Source: Mytilus edulis | Lineage: Eukaryota | DNA: 64,000 bases | NCBI RefSeq assembly: GCF_963676685.1 | Contig: NC_092351.1 | Location: 59,768,001-59,832,000, forward strand | Reading direction: 5' to 3' | Part shown: in pieces, positions 39,060-53,250 of the stretch | How the letters are laid out: each line of letters opens with the position of its first letter | How positions within the stretch are numbered: the first letter of the stretch is position 1 | Position numbers and translations under genes: made by a program | The notes under the pieces: generated by a model | The model's database searches: none | What the model was told of the DNA's origin: nothing | The model's input: only the letters and a program-made list of their open reading frames with translations

Positions 39060-39990
39060 ATAAGTTGAAATACGTTTTGCAATTTTGCAATTACTCCTTA
39101 AAGTTACTGGACGAAAAAAAAAAATTCCGAAAGATGTCCGTTAGGTGACCTAATGTGAAAATGAATGAAAGTCGTGTATTTTGACATCACTAAAATTGAC
39201 CAAGATTTATAAATGTGATAGTGTTCAGTTGGAATTTTGACGTAATTGCAGTATACTTAAATTACATAAATGGTGAAGATAAATTAAAGCAAAACTGAAA
39301 AAAAAAATGTGGCGGGGGGATGTGATTTGGATGGTTACGGCTGAGTTATAGCTGTTAAAATGTCTATCTGCCACTTATGACGTTTCAGTGTTTCAGTCTC
39401 GTTGAAATCTCGTTCTTGAAATTATTTCCAAGATATGTGATATAAGTGGCAAATATCAATGAATTTAAAAACTGATATAATTAAACTTAACTCTTAAAAG
39501 GAGTTTACCAGAAGCAATTACATCCCATATCCCTTTTTCTTTTAGATATGTGTCATTTATAACAAAAAAGTTGAAAACATATGCATTTTGTTCTTTAAAC
39601 GGAGAAAAAACACAAGTTTACAAAATTGACAGCATGGTAAATTTGACACAAAAAGCATCAAAATATGATAAATCTTTTTTTATATTAACACCTACCTATA
39701 GCTTTTTTAATTGAAATTTATTCAGATTGGTCCACTTCATCTTTATTGAAAATATTAGAAAAAGTTAAGTTGTTGAATGTCATTTTTTCACAATAATAGT
39801 CCCAAAATGGGCAAAAGGTGATGAAAAATGGGGAAATCATCAATATTGGGTACTTTCAAAGGGTTCCAGCAAAAAAATAAGTGCACCACCATATGGTTTT
39901 TTTTCACCATTTATTTACAGCCAAAAATTAGGTTAAGAAAAAAAGTTTAACTCTAGAAACGTTTGGCTCCTCAGAGGTGTACATCCTTAA
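39060..39990. mobile_element. Remnant of a TTAA-targeting DNA transposon (Kolobok-like), right end GAGGTGTACATCC|TTAA
   Basis: The terminus abuts TTAA; no matching left end was found and the left boundary is approximate. Confidence 0.35.
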
Positions 39991-41194
39991 GTCATTTACG
40001 ACTCTTTCAAACAGAATATTTTACTGTCACAGACATTTGAAAATTCCGAATCAATCACTGATTTATCCTTTTTATCACTGAACTCTTGTTTCCCCTTTAC
40101 ACAAAACAACTGTAGGCTATTTTTCTTTAACATTGCTAAATGGTACTAATGCAGAAAAGTTATCAGAAATTTTACGCGTGATAATTTTATATCTTCTTTT
40201 CGTGTCCAATTTATTTTACATTGAATAATATCAGTCAAATATTGTGTAGTTTACCCCTTTACGACTATTTCAAGTTGTTTCAGTTCCAGAAAAAGATTTA
40301 AATGTTTGCCACTGGCCATTATTCAACTTACAAGAAATTAATCAATGATGTAGTAATGAAATGAACAGTATGATGTTCAGGTTGGACGAGGAACACATTT
40401 TAACTCATCATGCTACTGTAAAAAAATATTATGATCAAAGAACTCCCTATCGTAGGCGGAGATGAAAATGAACGTTACACAATAATTATCTCTTCATTAT
40501 ATCAGATAGCAAATAAAACTTTTTGTTTCTTCTTTGTTCAAAGTTTGAAGTAATACATATGCACTCATGATCAATATCTGACTTGTATCTGGGAACAGTA
40601 TATTTATAAAGTCAATATATATGCAACAGTAGTATACCGCTGTTCAAAAATCATTAATCCATGGACAAAGAACACAATCGGGGTAACAAACTAAAACTGA
40701 GGGAAATGCATTAAATATAAGAGGAGAACAACGACACAACATTAAAATGTAACACACACAGAAACGGACTAAGCATTAGACAAAATCCTATGAGAATAAC
40801 AAATATAACATCAAAACCAAATACATGAATTTGGGATAGATAAGTACCGTGACGCGTCTTAGTAATATGAATTCACACTCAAAAATAAGAGAAAACAAAC
40901 AAAAAAAACAAAACAGAGAGGAAACAGAACGTTAAAATGTAACACACACAGAAACGAGATTTAATATAACAATGGCCATATTCCTGACTTGGTACAGGAC
41001 ATTTTTAAAGGAAAAAATGGTGGGTTAATTGAACCTGGTTTTGTGGCATGTCAAACCTTCCTCTTTTATGACCATGTGAAAAATAACATTAAAATGACAA
41101 CACAACATTAAAGGACCACAATATAAATAAATAGGAGACCACAATTGACAAAGAAACACACGAATAATAGCTAACAAAAAGTTTAAAATTGTAA

Positions 41195-41370
41195 TACGCC
41201 AGAAATGCATTTTGTCCACACAAGACTTACTAGTGACGCCCAGATACAAAAGTTTGAAAGCCTAAACAAGTACAAAGTTGAACAGCATCGAGGACCAAAA
41301 GTTCAAAAAAGTTGTGCCAAAAACGGCCAGGGTTTTCTGTTAGGTATCAGAACATCCCAATTATTTGGAA
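41195..41370 (-). repeat. Degenerate copy of the hammerhead retrozyme repeat
   Basis: Its reverse complement aligns to 58600-58730, but the core is mutated (CTAGTAA...CAAAA in place of CTGATGA...CGAAA). Confidence 0.75.
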
Positions 41371-42228
41371 CGGAAGTGACGATGCCCCAAAACATACGAA
41401 CGATGTTCCCTAAAACCAGAGTTTTGACGGAAATGCATCGAACTCAAAAGTTGTCTTTTCTATTTTTGTCATTTATTTAATATTTCCGTCTATAAGTACT
41501 TTCTCGTGATTTTTTTGTTGTGTGATTTATCTTTGTTTCAATCAAACACATGTCAAAGTATAAGTATTTCCTACAATTGTTGTGAAATAGTGAAAGAACA
41601 TTTCACGAAAAAGAAAAAAATGTAAACAATAATTTCCGCACCAGTTGGAATTTCTTGTTATCAGTTTCATATTGTTTGACTCGGTGCGGTGTATAGCTTA
41701 AACCATTGCATAGACTTTTAGTATGAAATGTACTCATTATCAATGTTAGCAAAATTTAAGAACATTTTATAATAAGAGATGCATAAGGAAGTGTATTTAT
41801 GCAAACGAACCAGTTTCAGTACACCGTACCAAACACTACGACAAAGCTGTTTGTAATAGATATATTATAAAAATTGTGTTTGCCAAGCATATAATCAACA
41901 TCGTTATAGTGTATAGCGTTATATTTCTATTCCTTGATGTGGATATCGTGTAACCTTTCTTTCTTCGGTAATTTTCTAATGTTATTTTACTGACGTGTCT
42001 TTATATTTTGATTTTCTTTCGCATTAACAAGTTTGTCAAATATTTCTATGGTGCTTGATATCCACGATTATTCCCAAATCAGCTAAATTGAGATTGTAGG
42101 CTGAAAAGTCGGTATCGCTATTTTCTTTAAGATAAATTGGCTCCAACAAAATGAAGTTTTAACGATCTTGACTGGCTATACAGCCCTTGTACGGTCGATA
42201 AATTGGTTCCTCTACGCAGTTGTAGATG

Positions 42229-45200
42229 TTACAGGGAATCCTCATATTGCCTGGCGTTATTTAGATGATAATGACAACGAAAGTTAAGGAATAAAGCATA
42301 CTGTATAGTATGAATACTACACATGTCATTCATTACTTCCTTAAGAAGTTCGTTAGGTATTAATACAGAGTTCTGTTCGAATAACATAACATCTACTAAC
42401 ATTATTCTCCACTGTTGGACAATGCTTTTCTTCTGGATTGTTTTCAGTTTAAGTAATCGGTGATCTATATCCATCACATCCATGGAACGGAACAGTTTTC
42501 CGGGAGGATATTTAGTTATAGAATACTCGATGATGCGTAACGCTTTATTGTATTGCTTTGTCTTGTAGAAAAACGAAGCTAACATCAGCCATCCAGATAC
42601 AGCATCGTGATAGATATTCTGTTGTAAAATACTAATACATGATCTATACTGTGTGTATTGGTATTTATTACTGCACGTAATGGTCAGTGGTAACGTCTGG
42701 GCACGTATTGAACACACCACTGACATAAAATATGTGTATAAGTATTTTATTGAAGATTTCTGACATGAAACAATCAGTTGTATTCCTCTTTGGAATTCGT
42801 TCTTAATAATATGAGTGACCAAAATATTTAAAGACTGCAATTGGAGCGAATTAATTATTGTTACAACTTCAGGCACATACAACGAATGTGGTTCGATGTG
42901 GAAATTCTGCATTGATTTATGAAACTTAGATATTTGATCGGAAAATAAAATGCATCGCCAACCATAACTATGCAGGGTAAATAATTTCTCTAATAGTATT
43001 TCACGAGCACGACCCTCTATCTTGTTCTCAAACATGTTGTTTTCTGGAATGAAATAATGCAGGCAAACTGCATAGTCAACACAATAAATCAGTCGCCTCA
43101 AACATTGCATAAAACAAGGTATAAGACTGAAAGGTTTCCATGCATGTTGCGGTAGTTCTTCAGATATCCAGAAAATAATTATTTTCAGAAAATATGAACA
43201 GAGTAAATCTTTACATTCAGAGTTAGCAGCAATAACATCTTTCAAGAGAATTTTTAAGAGGGCATAGCATAATAATTGAGTGTGTGTAAACGTATTTATG
43301 AGAAGTTTTCCACCAACTGAAAAGGATATTCGCCATTCAAGATGTTCTTTTGGTGACCCTTTTACTCCGATCGGTACAAAGAGTACCCCATGTTCTATAA
43401 TACGTTGTTTTACATTATAACTTGGCCACTGATTGCTTGGTCTGGTTATCCATTCTGTTGCAGGTGCTACCCAGGTTTTACAACGAAGGCATAAGGCTAT
43501 ATCCATCTTTTCATAGTTGTCAGATATACACGGTCCATGAATAGTAAGTTTTTTCTTATCAACCAAAAGGCCTTGTCTAAATATAGCGCTCGAAAAATAA
43601 TATTTACCATTTACTTCTTCAAGAGTTCTATGGGACATACCACATGTATTTTCGCAATACAATTTAGTAAATCCAGGCTTTACATCATCTGTATCCATTG
43701 TCCAATATCTAATTCTTGGATGTGAACTGGATTTCACATCTTGAATCTTCATATCTTTGAGCACACACATAATATCTAAATCGCTGCCTCGCATCTCAAG
43801 TCCTTCCCCGAAACTACCACTTGTAATAAATGTCATCTTTTCATCACTAGACAAGTTATCGCGGACGGTGTTAATCAATCTGAGTTGTTTAACATGATCT
43901 TCTGTTCCAACTATATTCTGACACATAAAACGATACAGCGCTATTGATATGTTTTGTGCTACGTTGTCTGTAATAAGAACAAAAATCTTGATTGTTAGAA
44001 AAATAAATAATCTTAAAATTAAGTTGAAGGTAGCATTTCTGTAAATATTGACAATGGAATTTTAAAAATAACTCCTTATACAACAAAACCTGTACCACTT
44101 TTACTATGAAGTTTCGAAAAAATCTTAAAATGAAAAGCTCATATGCACTACTATGTGCTTCAAACGTTAAAATATAGGGCTGTGCAGCATATTTTCAACT
44201 ATTAGATGCCTTCGAACTTATAAAAGAGTTTAAACTTTCTGTACTACCCCTACCTTCATTTAGGGGCTTCCTCAGAATTCAAGGCTGACTCTATAATGTT
44301 TTACTTATACTGGTAGCATTCCCAAGTTATGTCTCTATGAGATGAAACGTAGAGATCATATCTGGGAACCAGTACCTAAACGGAACAATTAATCTATGAA
44401 TATTATACATTCCCCAAAAGACGCGTTCTTGATGAAAAAGCTGTATATACAAAGCGAAATTGAAATAAAACAAATGATGATTTGAAAGATAGATTGAACG
44501 TAAACATATAAAATGTACAGGCTTCTCTTAAAAGGTAAATCGAGTACATTTGATATATGACATGTAAAAACATGTATTTGAATAAAAGTAATCTGGAATA
44601 AAACTGTTATCCGCGTCATGATGCACAAATTCTTATCTAATTAGTTAAGTGTATGCTCCCTTTTGCTTTTTCATAGGGTTGTAAAACAGTTCACCGAAGC
44701 ACTTCATATTAGAAATCAGCGCAATTGGATTTAAGAATTTCAAAAAGCAGCATTGAATTCATATACTAAATTTATTCATTCATTGTGTATTAATTTACGT
44801 TTTTTGATTGAGTTAAGTCTGCCAATTGATATTTTATCGTGTGTTTTTCTATGTTGTGATGTTATGCTTTTGTTTCAGAAAAAGGGAGAAGGTTTGGATC
44901 CATTAAAATGTTTAATCCCGCTGCAAATGTTTGCACCTGTCCTAAGTCAGGAATCTGATGTACAGTAGTTGTCGTTTGTTTATGTAATTTATATACGTGT
45001 TTCTCGTTTCTCGTTTTTTATATAGATTAGACCGTTGGTTTTCCCGTTTGAATGGTTTTACACTAGTAATTTTGGGGCCCTTTATAGCTTGTTGTTCGGT
45101 GTGAGCCAAGGCTCCGTGTTGAAGGCCGTACATTGACTTACAATGGTTTCCCTTTTTATTAAATTGTTATTTGGATGAAGAGTTGTCTCATTGGCACTCA

Positions 45201-46734
45201 CACCGCATCTTCCTATATCTACTAAATATTGTCATTTTTTCAACTTTGATATAACCAGTATTTTTACATTTCCCTTTAATTTCAATTATCATAGGAATAA
45301 ATAACAATACCATAATATAAATTTTAAAAAAATAATTGATGACATTACACTTAATTGTTTGATAGAAAAACATCCGGGAAAACATCCTCAAGATATTGCA
45401 TACTTGCCACCTTGTATAGTATATTGTGGGAAGGTGCAAAGTGGTGTTTTCCGTGAAATCTGCCTTTATTTCTTTTTCCGTCCTGACCTACGCAGTATTT
45501 ACACGGTACTTAAGCATTAATTATGAAAAGTTTTTTCATGCATATATATAAAATTATATATAAAATTTGAAGGCCACAAATTCAGCTACGTTAAAAAGTT
45601 CTTGAATATAAACCAGAACATGCATTAATTAATAATTCAATTGTGATTAAAACAAAAATATATTATTTAAAGAAAGATTCGAATTAAGGTGTGAAAAAGA
45701 CTGGTGTCTATTACTTTTACTGTCTTCCTATTAATGAAATGTTTATAATACGTTATAAATGACAGTACACTTTTAACCTGTAAAATACCATGCATGATAT
45801 TCAGTGTTTCTGCATACATGAAATATATCGGGCATGAATTCATGCATACCTTTAAAATGATCATGCCGAAGTGTTGCATACGCATACGGACAATCATATA
45901 GTTGAAACAATAAAAACCGAACACAGTCATTCCCCGTGTTTAAATTAGTGCTTAATTTTTTTTTACTGTAAACTTTTATAGTCTAATCCAATATTGTAAT
46001 GCTATTTTATTTAAGTCAATGTATTAACCTAAACGGTGTTATAATTCCGTAACATGCACGTATGATATTTACTTGTTTTTTTCCGTTGTTTTTACTTTTA
46101 TCTGTTGAAAAAAAACATATTTTGACAAAACTTGGGATCACGAAACGACCTATTCTTCAGAGGGAGACAACAACTCTCAATGACATTTTTTTCATCCTGA
46201 AATAATCAAATCAATGGTGTATTGGGTGAGGTTTTTTTTTAAAGAAAATCATTGGGTCCAAAGAATAACATTGTCGCACGAGAACGTACAAAAAGAACAC
46301 TTCAACAATCATGATAGTACCTAAGCAGTAAAGTAAGGTTTTAAAGTTTCTTCTCCTCGTTATTCATTCAAAAAATGTGAAACTTATATCGTGGTTATGC
46401 AACTTTCAGGGGTTTTTATATTCATTCTGGTATATATTTGACTTTGGGTATAAAACACACTTTTTTCTTTTGTTCCTAAAATATTCAAAATTCAAAATTC
46501 GACTTTGAACTCCTATTGAAACTATTACTCCATTTTTTAAACTCGATCTGTAACTTTATTTCTTACTGCAACTTGAACACAATCTCGATAATCAATTGCT
46601 GGTTAGCATACATTTAATATATCCAGTAGTTCTTTTCAAAGTTATCTTAAATTTCAAATTATCATGTATAAACATACTAAAACAAATAACTGATTTTGTA
46701 TAAACATATCCTAAATATTTAACATACCTGCCAT
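42229..46734 (-). CDS. cGAS-like receptor (cGLR; Mab-21 nucleotidyltransferase + C-terminal helical/TPR-like region); coding exons 46734-46728 and 43967-42229, 581 aa, probably C-terminally truncated
   Basis: TSGSFGEGLEMRGSDLDIM (GS-x-DxD), third Asp in MDIALCL, WRISFS, SYFLK and HYFIPENNMF. CAAG ATG GCA G|GTATGT joins in phase to TTACAG|AC AAC, giving MADNVAQN. Confidence 0.88.
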
Positions 46735-46792
46735 CTTGTTTAGTTTGTTGAGGAAGAAATACGAAGATGAGTTTCCAATGAAATCGGCCTTC

Positions 46793-46817
46793 GTTTCCTT
46801 TTCCTTTTAAAACGTCA
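46793..46817 (-). promoter_or_regulatory. ISRE/IRF-E-like site (GGAAAAGGAAAC on the minus strand) plus adjacent CRE half-site TGACGT
   Basis: Plus-strand GTTTCCTTTTCC fits GTTTCNNTTTCY and lies ~60 bp upstream of the cGLR ATG. Confidence 0.5.
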
Positions 46818-49800
46818 CAATAATACTTACACATTACTAAAGCAATATTTTGTATAAATGATAAGTAGGTTACACAAATATAGATTTTTGTTTAAAATGT
46901 AGACTTCTTTTATATTATGATTTACATACTATTTTCATATCAAGTCCTTTTGTATTTAATCGTCCATGTGAAAACAGAACGTATCATGAATAACAGTTTA
47001 ATCTAAAATACAAATTGAAGAATTTAAAGGAACACATTTCACATTTTTCAAAATCTTATTGAATGAATCGATGACGGTTTTTCGTCCGTAAATTTCACAT
47101 CACAGCGTCTATAACATCTTTACTTCGATAATATAAAAAAGAAGATGTGGTTCGATTGCCAATGAGACAACTGTCCACAAGAGACCAAAACAAAACAAAA
47201 CAAGACTTTATGTGATATTATGATTATTTATAAATTAATAATAGAAAATAGAAAAGTATGAAAATAACCATGTATAAAATAAAGAAGTTTTATTGTATAT
47301 TCTCCCTGGATATTCAGTAATGATTGTGTGTAACAGGGGTACTTGATGGAATGCTGTACATTAAGTATTTTGTTAAAACAGCAAAGCGTGCAATATAGAA
47401 TTTATGAATGTTAAAAAATATGTATTCATTTGTATAAGCATTGGTATTCCTCATTTCCAAATTGATCATTTTGCCCCGCCTCATCATTTTCTTTTTAATT
47501 TTGCATGTGAAAATATTGCCAATAATATGTTTACATTAATTTTGCACTACATTATGAAAATTATATACAAGCAAAACAAATACAGCAGCGTATTTTGAAA
47601 AGAGGTACTTAAACTGCTGATTTTGCAGAATGTACTTTTCTCGACAACATTTGACACGGTCACAGCTGGCTTTTGTGTTTGCATAACAATAGCCATGACT
47701 TTTACATGCATTATCATTAAATTGTTAAGGGTTTTTTTTTTTGGGGGGGGAGGGGTTGGAACTCACAACCTCCGTGTTGACAGCTTTCAGTTAGGAAAAT
47801 AAGAAGAGATGTGTAGTTTTACAACTACGAAACAGCAATCCTAATACCTATATATCCAAACTACATCTTTGATTCGTATTACACTACTAAATCTTTATTT
47901 ACAGTACAATCTCGTTCAATCACAATCCAAAATGGCATTCAAAACGTTTGGTCTTTAGTGTTTATAATGAAGATTGTGTGCATTAAGATAAAAGTTTCTT
48001 TATACTAGAGAAAGCGGAACTACATTTAAGTTTGGGCAATATATGATATGAAAAAAGGACAAAGTTTAAGGTTTATTCCCTCTAAATGAATTAGACAAAT
48101 TCAACAAGGTATAATTCCTAAATCGTTAATCCATTTCTTTCTCTCTTAAAGAAATATGAACAAATTGTTTTTGTAAAAATCTTAAATGTACATGGTCCCC
48201 CCTTTTTTTACATATTTATGGCAGCTATCATTTATATATAATACCTATGCATACACTGTAGTATTTAAATAGTAAAAACAGTGTAAACTTGGAAATGTTT
48301 TCATTGATTTAAATCACAGAATCTTTTATGATGTCACTAACATTTAAACCCAAATATAAAACACACTGTTATGACGATTGTAAGCATATTCTTATCTATT
48401 TTAAATATCTTAATTGTGTGATATAGATCTCAAATTTGAGATATTGTTGATGTTTAAAAGCATACTTCTATTGTGAGTATATCAAATTGGGTGAATGGGT
48501 AAAACAGATGGCTTTGTGTATCGTCTGATGATATTATATTCAAGTGACGTTAATTAAATTTATTTATTTCAAAAAACAGGTAAAGGATTAAAAAAAAATG
48601 GAACAGCGATTTCGTCTCAATCTGCAGATTTTCTTTAGAATCAATCCATATGGGTGGAAAGTAGAAAAATATATTTTGTATAAAGTCTTTAATCAAACTA
48701 TACTTTTAAATAGCATATGTCACAGTTTAACTTTTTAAAACTAATAGCTAAATGATGTCTTCATGACGTGACACACATTGTAATGATATAAAACTGAGGA
48801 ATTGTCTTAAAGGTTTCTACATTCACCATCACTAGCTAGGTGACTGGTCAGGAATACATATGTGTAACATATGACATTAAATGTACAAATGTATGATTCA
48901 TTTTAAAAAGTCTCTTCTCATCCATGCATTATTACCGGATTTTTGTCAAAAGTTATAGGAGGTGTATGCTATTTTATACTCTATAGTATTTTCGTTTTTT
49001 TTACTTTCTTTCGGTCGATCGATACTTAGTATGTCTTTGTTGTCTTATATGGCATATGATTGGTATCTTTTCTTTTTTCTTGTTTCCTACAATATATTCA
49101 TCTCTTATAGGTTTGAATGATTACATTTTCACACATATGAACATAGTGATTTACAGTGACCTTATTTTCTCTTGTATTTTTATCAATAAAATTGAGAATG
49201 GAAATGGGGAATGTATCAAAGAAACAACAGTATAGGTGTCGTCCCAATCGCACGATCATTTCATCGAGTGAAACGATCGGACTTATTTACTTACGTAATT
49301 TTTATTATTTAACTAGTGTTTCCCTTTCATCCTTTTTATTGTTGACTAATAAGGCTGCATGGCGGTCTTTTTTTTATTATTGTAAAGCTGTACACAGTTT
49401 AGACTGTAGATGCACATATTGATTGTCCAAATAATCTCAGCAGCTGCCTTGTCGTGTAGCTTTGCACTTTAATCATGAGTTTGTATTCTTCATACTTTAA
49501 CAGTATGTTTTCCCATTTATGTTTTTCGGTGCATTCGTCCTTTTCGATGAATTACATGAGATCACAAAGTTGTAACTGGACTCTTTAAAATACAGAATGA
49601 AATAATAAATTGTTTTAAATCGTATCTATTGAAACGTAGAATATGACATTTGTTTTAAAGACGTTATCTAATAAAAAATCACGGTAACCGATCTGATTTC
49701 AGCTTATTCAAAACATACTTAATAACGTTCATAATTTTGTTGTGGTTGATTGTCTTACTGACTTTGAATAAAGCATTGTATTTGTTAATGCTATCCTCAT

Positions 49801-50109
49801 TCATATCTTCTAAAACACATATCGGTGGAATGACAGTAAAGTTTTAATCGCGTTATTTAAGAACAATTATACGATAGTTTCTATGTTTTAAACTTAAAAC
49901 CCATTTAACCCATTTATATTTGAATAGATATATTTGTGAATTGTAACTTTGAATTCTGTTTTAATTAAAAATATGCTGTTAACAACAACTTTTGATACAA
50001 GAGTGCAAATTTTATTATTATGTCATAAAATACATCGAAGACATTTTAATCAAAATAAATAAAAAAATACATAAAACATGTAGAATTACATTTCAAACTC
50101 TGGTCATGA

Positions 50110-50780
50110 TTTAGAGAGGCGAAGTATCCCGGAAGACCAAGCAGATCTTCCTTCACATGTGGCAACCGTCGTGTTGCTCATGTAAGTACAAACCTAGTCT
50201 GTTTTCCGGCCGTTATTGAAATTCTTGTTAATATTTGTATATTCCGAAGGCATACTGAATGTTTTACGGAGGAGACCAACCTAGTACAAACCAGGTGATA
50301 GATCTAAGTCAATAAGTCACATTCGGGGAAAAGGAGGACAAGACTGTGGCAACGACGATTGATACATATCCTTCGTTATCTTTGAAACCGATATTCCATA
50401 AAAGTCCGATGGCGTCTGAAATGTTTTTGAAAGGATGATTTCAAATGCACCACTTGAAAATCTTGGTTTAATAGCTCTATTGTGAGCAGCAACACTTACT
50501 CAAGGAAAGCATCACAAGAAACGTACTCCCTTCAGTATTGTGTCAACTGCAAGATATATTATATTATACTCCAAATGCAGACGCAGCTGGAAATTTTACA
50601 AAGAACAAGCTAATTCACAATTTGGAAGCTAAACTCATTTCTTTTGTCGGAAAGATTTGTTTTTAGCCGACGCTTATTGTCAATTGCTTGATGAAATTCA
50701 AGAGTTTGAGGCAAACTTATTGCAGTATTTGTATTTCGTTAAGTTAGTTGTGTTAGATGCTGTAAACATATTCGTCATAC
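50110..50780 (-). mobile_element. Old degenerate Penelope-like retroelement 3' fragment
   Basis: Reverse complement aligns with ~52650-53150. Confidence 0.6.
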
Positions 50781-51515
50781 TTAGAACATTTAGTGAGAGG
50801 AAATTTGCTTCAAATAAAAAATAAACTCAACATTTGCCTCAATCAGTAAAACCAGCAGTTCTAAACGTACATTGGGGATATATTTAGTTCTATTATTAGA
50901 AATACGCTGTGATATTTCAAGAAACTGACAGTATCCAAATGCTCCTGTGAAACCTTGAAAACCCTTTACACACATACATATGTATATTCTCCGTAAGTGC
51001 AGTTAATCCAGGGCTGATACTAACATTCCGTATTCTAACATTCATCCATTTACCTGAAGGTGGCATGGTAGTTTTTCTGGCCCATAAGGGATAATGATAG
51101 ACTTTTTTTTTTAGAATTTTCACCACTTTCTAACACTGCCAAAAATTCTTCATTCACATTTAACTGAAGTTCTTTCATTTTACTACTAGTATTCGGAAAT
51201 GAATTTAAATATGTATCATAACCGTTTACTTTTTTGCTATCTTTAAAAACCTAGTGCTTTAAGGTCTTTTATCGTGCAGTGAATACAAAATTTCAATCAA
51301 TGTGAGTCTTACATTTTTTATTGTTAAAATTATTTCACAGGTATGTACATTTTTGATTTTGTAATCAGAGTATGGGAGTGTTTGACAACCGGTTTGTTTA
51401 CAACATGTATATATATTTAAAGATATCAGTCCAGTTAAGACTGACGTCATGTTTTCAACAGGGAAGTTAAATCCGTCGCTAGGCTAGGAAAACAGTGAAC
51501 ATTTCTAGACGTGAA

Positions 51516-52298
51516 ATGTCGTTATCAAAAAGTTTACAAAATACGGTACAAGTTGAAAAATCTTGTGAGGTATGCGAAGTTAGTATATAAATACAGTGGA
51601 AGTGTTTTGATTGTAAGCGATATATGTGCAGTGCCTGCAAAGAAACGATCCACCCAAAATTTAAACATGCTGACAAGCACAAAATCGTAAAAACAAAAGA
51701 TATAACCGAGGATGATTTGGAGGAAAAGCCTGATTTAACGTCCATTAGCTGCACAATTCATGACGATAAGTTATGCTGTCTTTATTGTAAGGAATGTTGC
51801 GAAGCAATTTGTTCCTTGTGTGTTACACAAACACATAGCAAGCATGAAATGATTGAATTGAGTGAGGGCTATGATATTTGCATTAAAAGACTTCAAATGT
51901 TCACCATGCAGATTGACGAGAGAATAAGATTCATTAAGTTATCAGAGACTGGTAGATATTTAGACGGAAAAAAGAAAATGGAGATGCAAGAAAGAGTACT
52001 TATCAAGGCCATCAAAAGTCATTCAGAGATACTAAACAGGGAATATGACAGGCAATGGGATAATTTCAATGACACCATCAGTAAAGAGGAAGCTGTAGAA
52101 ACAGAAACTAAACGTATTATATTCAATTCAGCTGTCAGAGCAGCTGACGGAAACGAAACATTCAGCGTTGCCAGAAAAGGAAACATATTATTGGCTGAGG
52201 AAATGACAAGAATCAACCTTGACATTGAACGTCCACAAAGTTTCGTTCCCAGATCGATTTCGACAACGTCCATCGAATTAGTTCATGGGTGGCTAAAG
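51516..52298 (+). CDS. Tandem B-box + coiled-coil (RING-less TRIM-like) exon with an in-frame TAA at 51588-51590
   Basis: MSLSKSLQ..CEVCE..*IQWKCFDCKRYMCSAC..H..H (B-box 1) and CTIH..CCLYCKECCEAICSLCVTQTHSKH (B-box 2), then a helical region; ends at an AAG|GTAAGT donor in phase 0. Confidence 0.85.
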
Positions 52299-52419
52299 GT
52301 AAGTTATATCAAACGTTATAACTGCAGAAAATCAATATGAAATAGAAAAAAATAATTGGTCATGGATACGTTTGTAAGTACAGCTTGACATGATACAGTT
52401 TAACAAATTGTGCACCTCT

Positions 52420-53250
52420 TCTTGCCGACTTGTTTCTTATTATTATGAGACTGACTTCATACAGAAACTTCTTAGGAAGAAAGATCAGACTTTAGCAATA
52501 TCCTTTAACTCTACTTTCCGCTATATAGATGATGTACTTTCACTAAATAATTCAAAATTTGGTGACTATATTGAACGCATCTATCCCATCGAACTAGAGA
52601 TAAAGGATACTACAGATAAAGTTAAGTCAGCCTCATATCTTGACTTACATTTAAAAATTGACAATGAGGGTCGGTTGACAACAAAACTTTACGACAAAAG
52701 AGATAATTTCAGCTTTCCAATTGTGAACTTTCCATTTCTAAGTAGCAACATTCCAGTAGTACCTGCGTACGGGGTCTATATCTCCCAATTGATATTCCCG
52801 TGCTTGCATTTTCTATCATGATTTTTTTATAGAGGGTTGCTGCTCACAAGGAAGCTATTAAACCAAGAGTTCCAAATGGTGAAGTTGAAATCATCCCGTC
52901 GTAAATTTTACGGACGTCATCACGAGTTGGTTAACCGTTATGGAATAACCGTTTCTCAAATGATATCGGATATGCTCCTTACGTCGTAACTACAATCCCC
53001 TTCCCTTTCATGAATGTCACATACCGAATTAGACTATTAACCGGATTTCTTATCACATAAGCAACACGACGGGTGCCACATGTGGAGCAGGATCTGCTTA
53101 CCCTTCCAGAGCACCTGCGATCACCCCTAGTTTTTGGTTGGAGGTACGTGTTGCTTATTCCTTAGTTTTATATGTTATTTAATGTGTACTATTGTTTGTC
53201 TGTTTGTCTGTTTCATTTTTAGCCATGGCGTTGTCAGTTTATTTTCTTTA
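52420..53250 (+). mobile_element. 5'-truncated Penelope-like retroelement (RT C-terminal part + 3' tail)
   Basis: FRYIDDVL, SYLDL, LYDKRD and AYGVYISQLI, with a frameshift afterwards. Tail remnants also occur at ~3135, ~25155 and ~28145. Confidence 0.8.

Noticed and set aside
41195-41240. Active hammerhead on the minus strand
   Set aside because: Core nucleotides are mutated, so it is a decayed copy.
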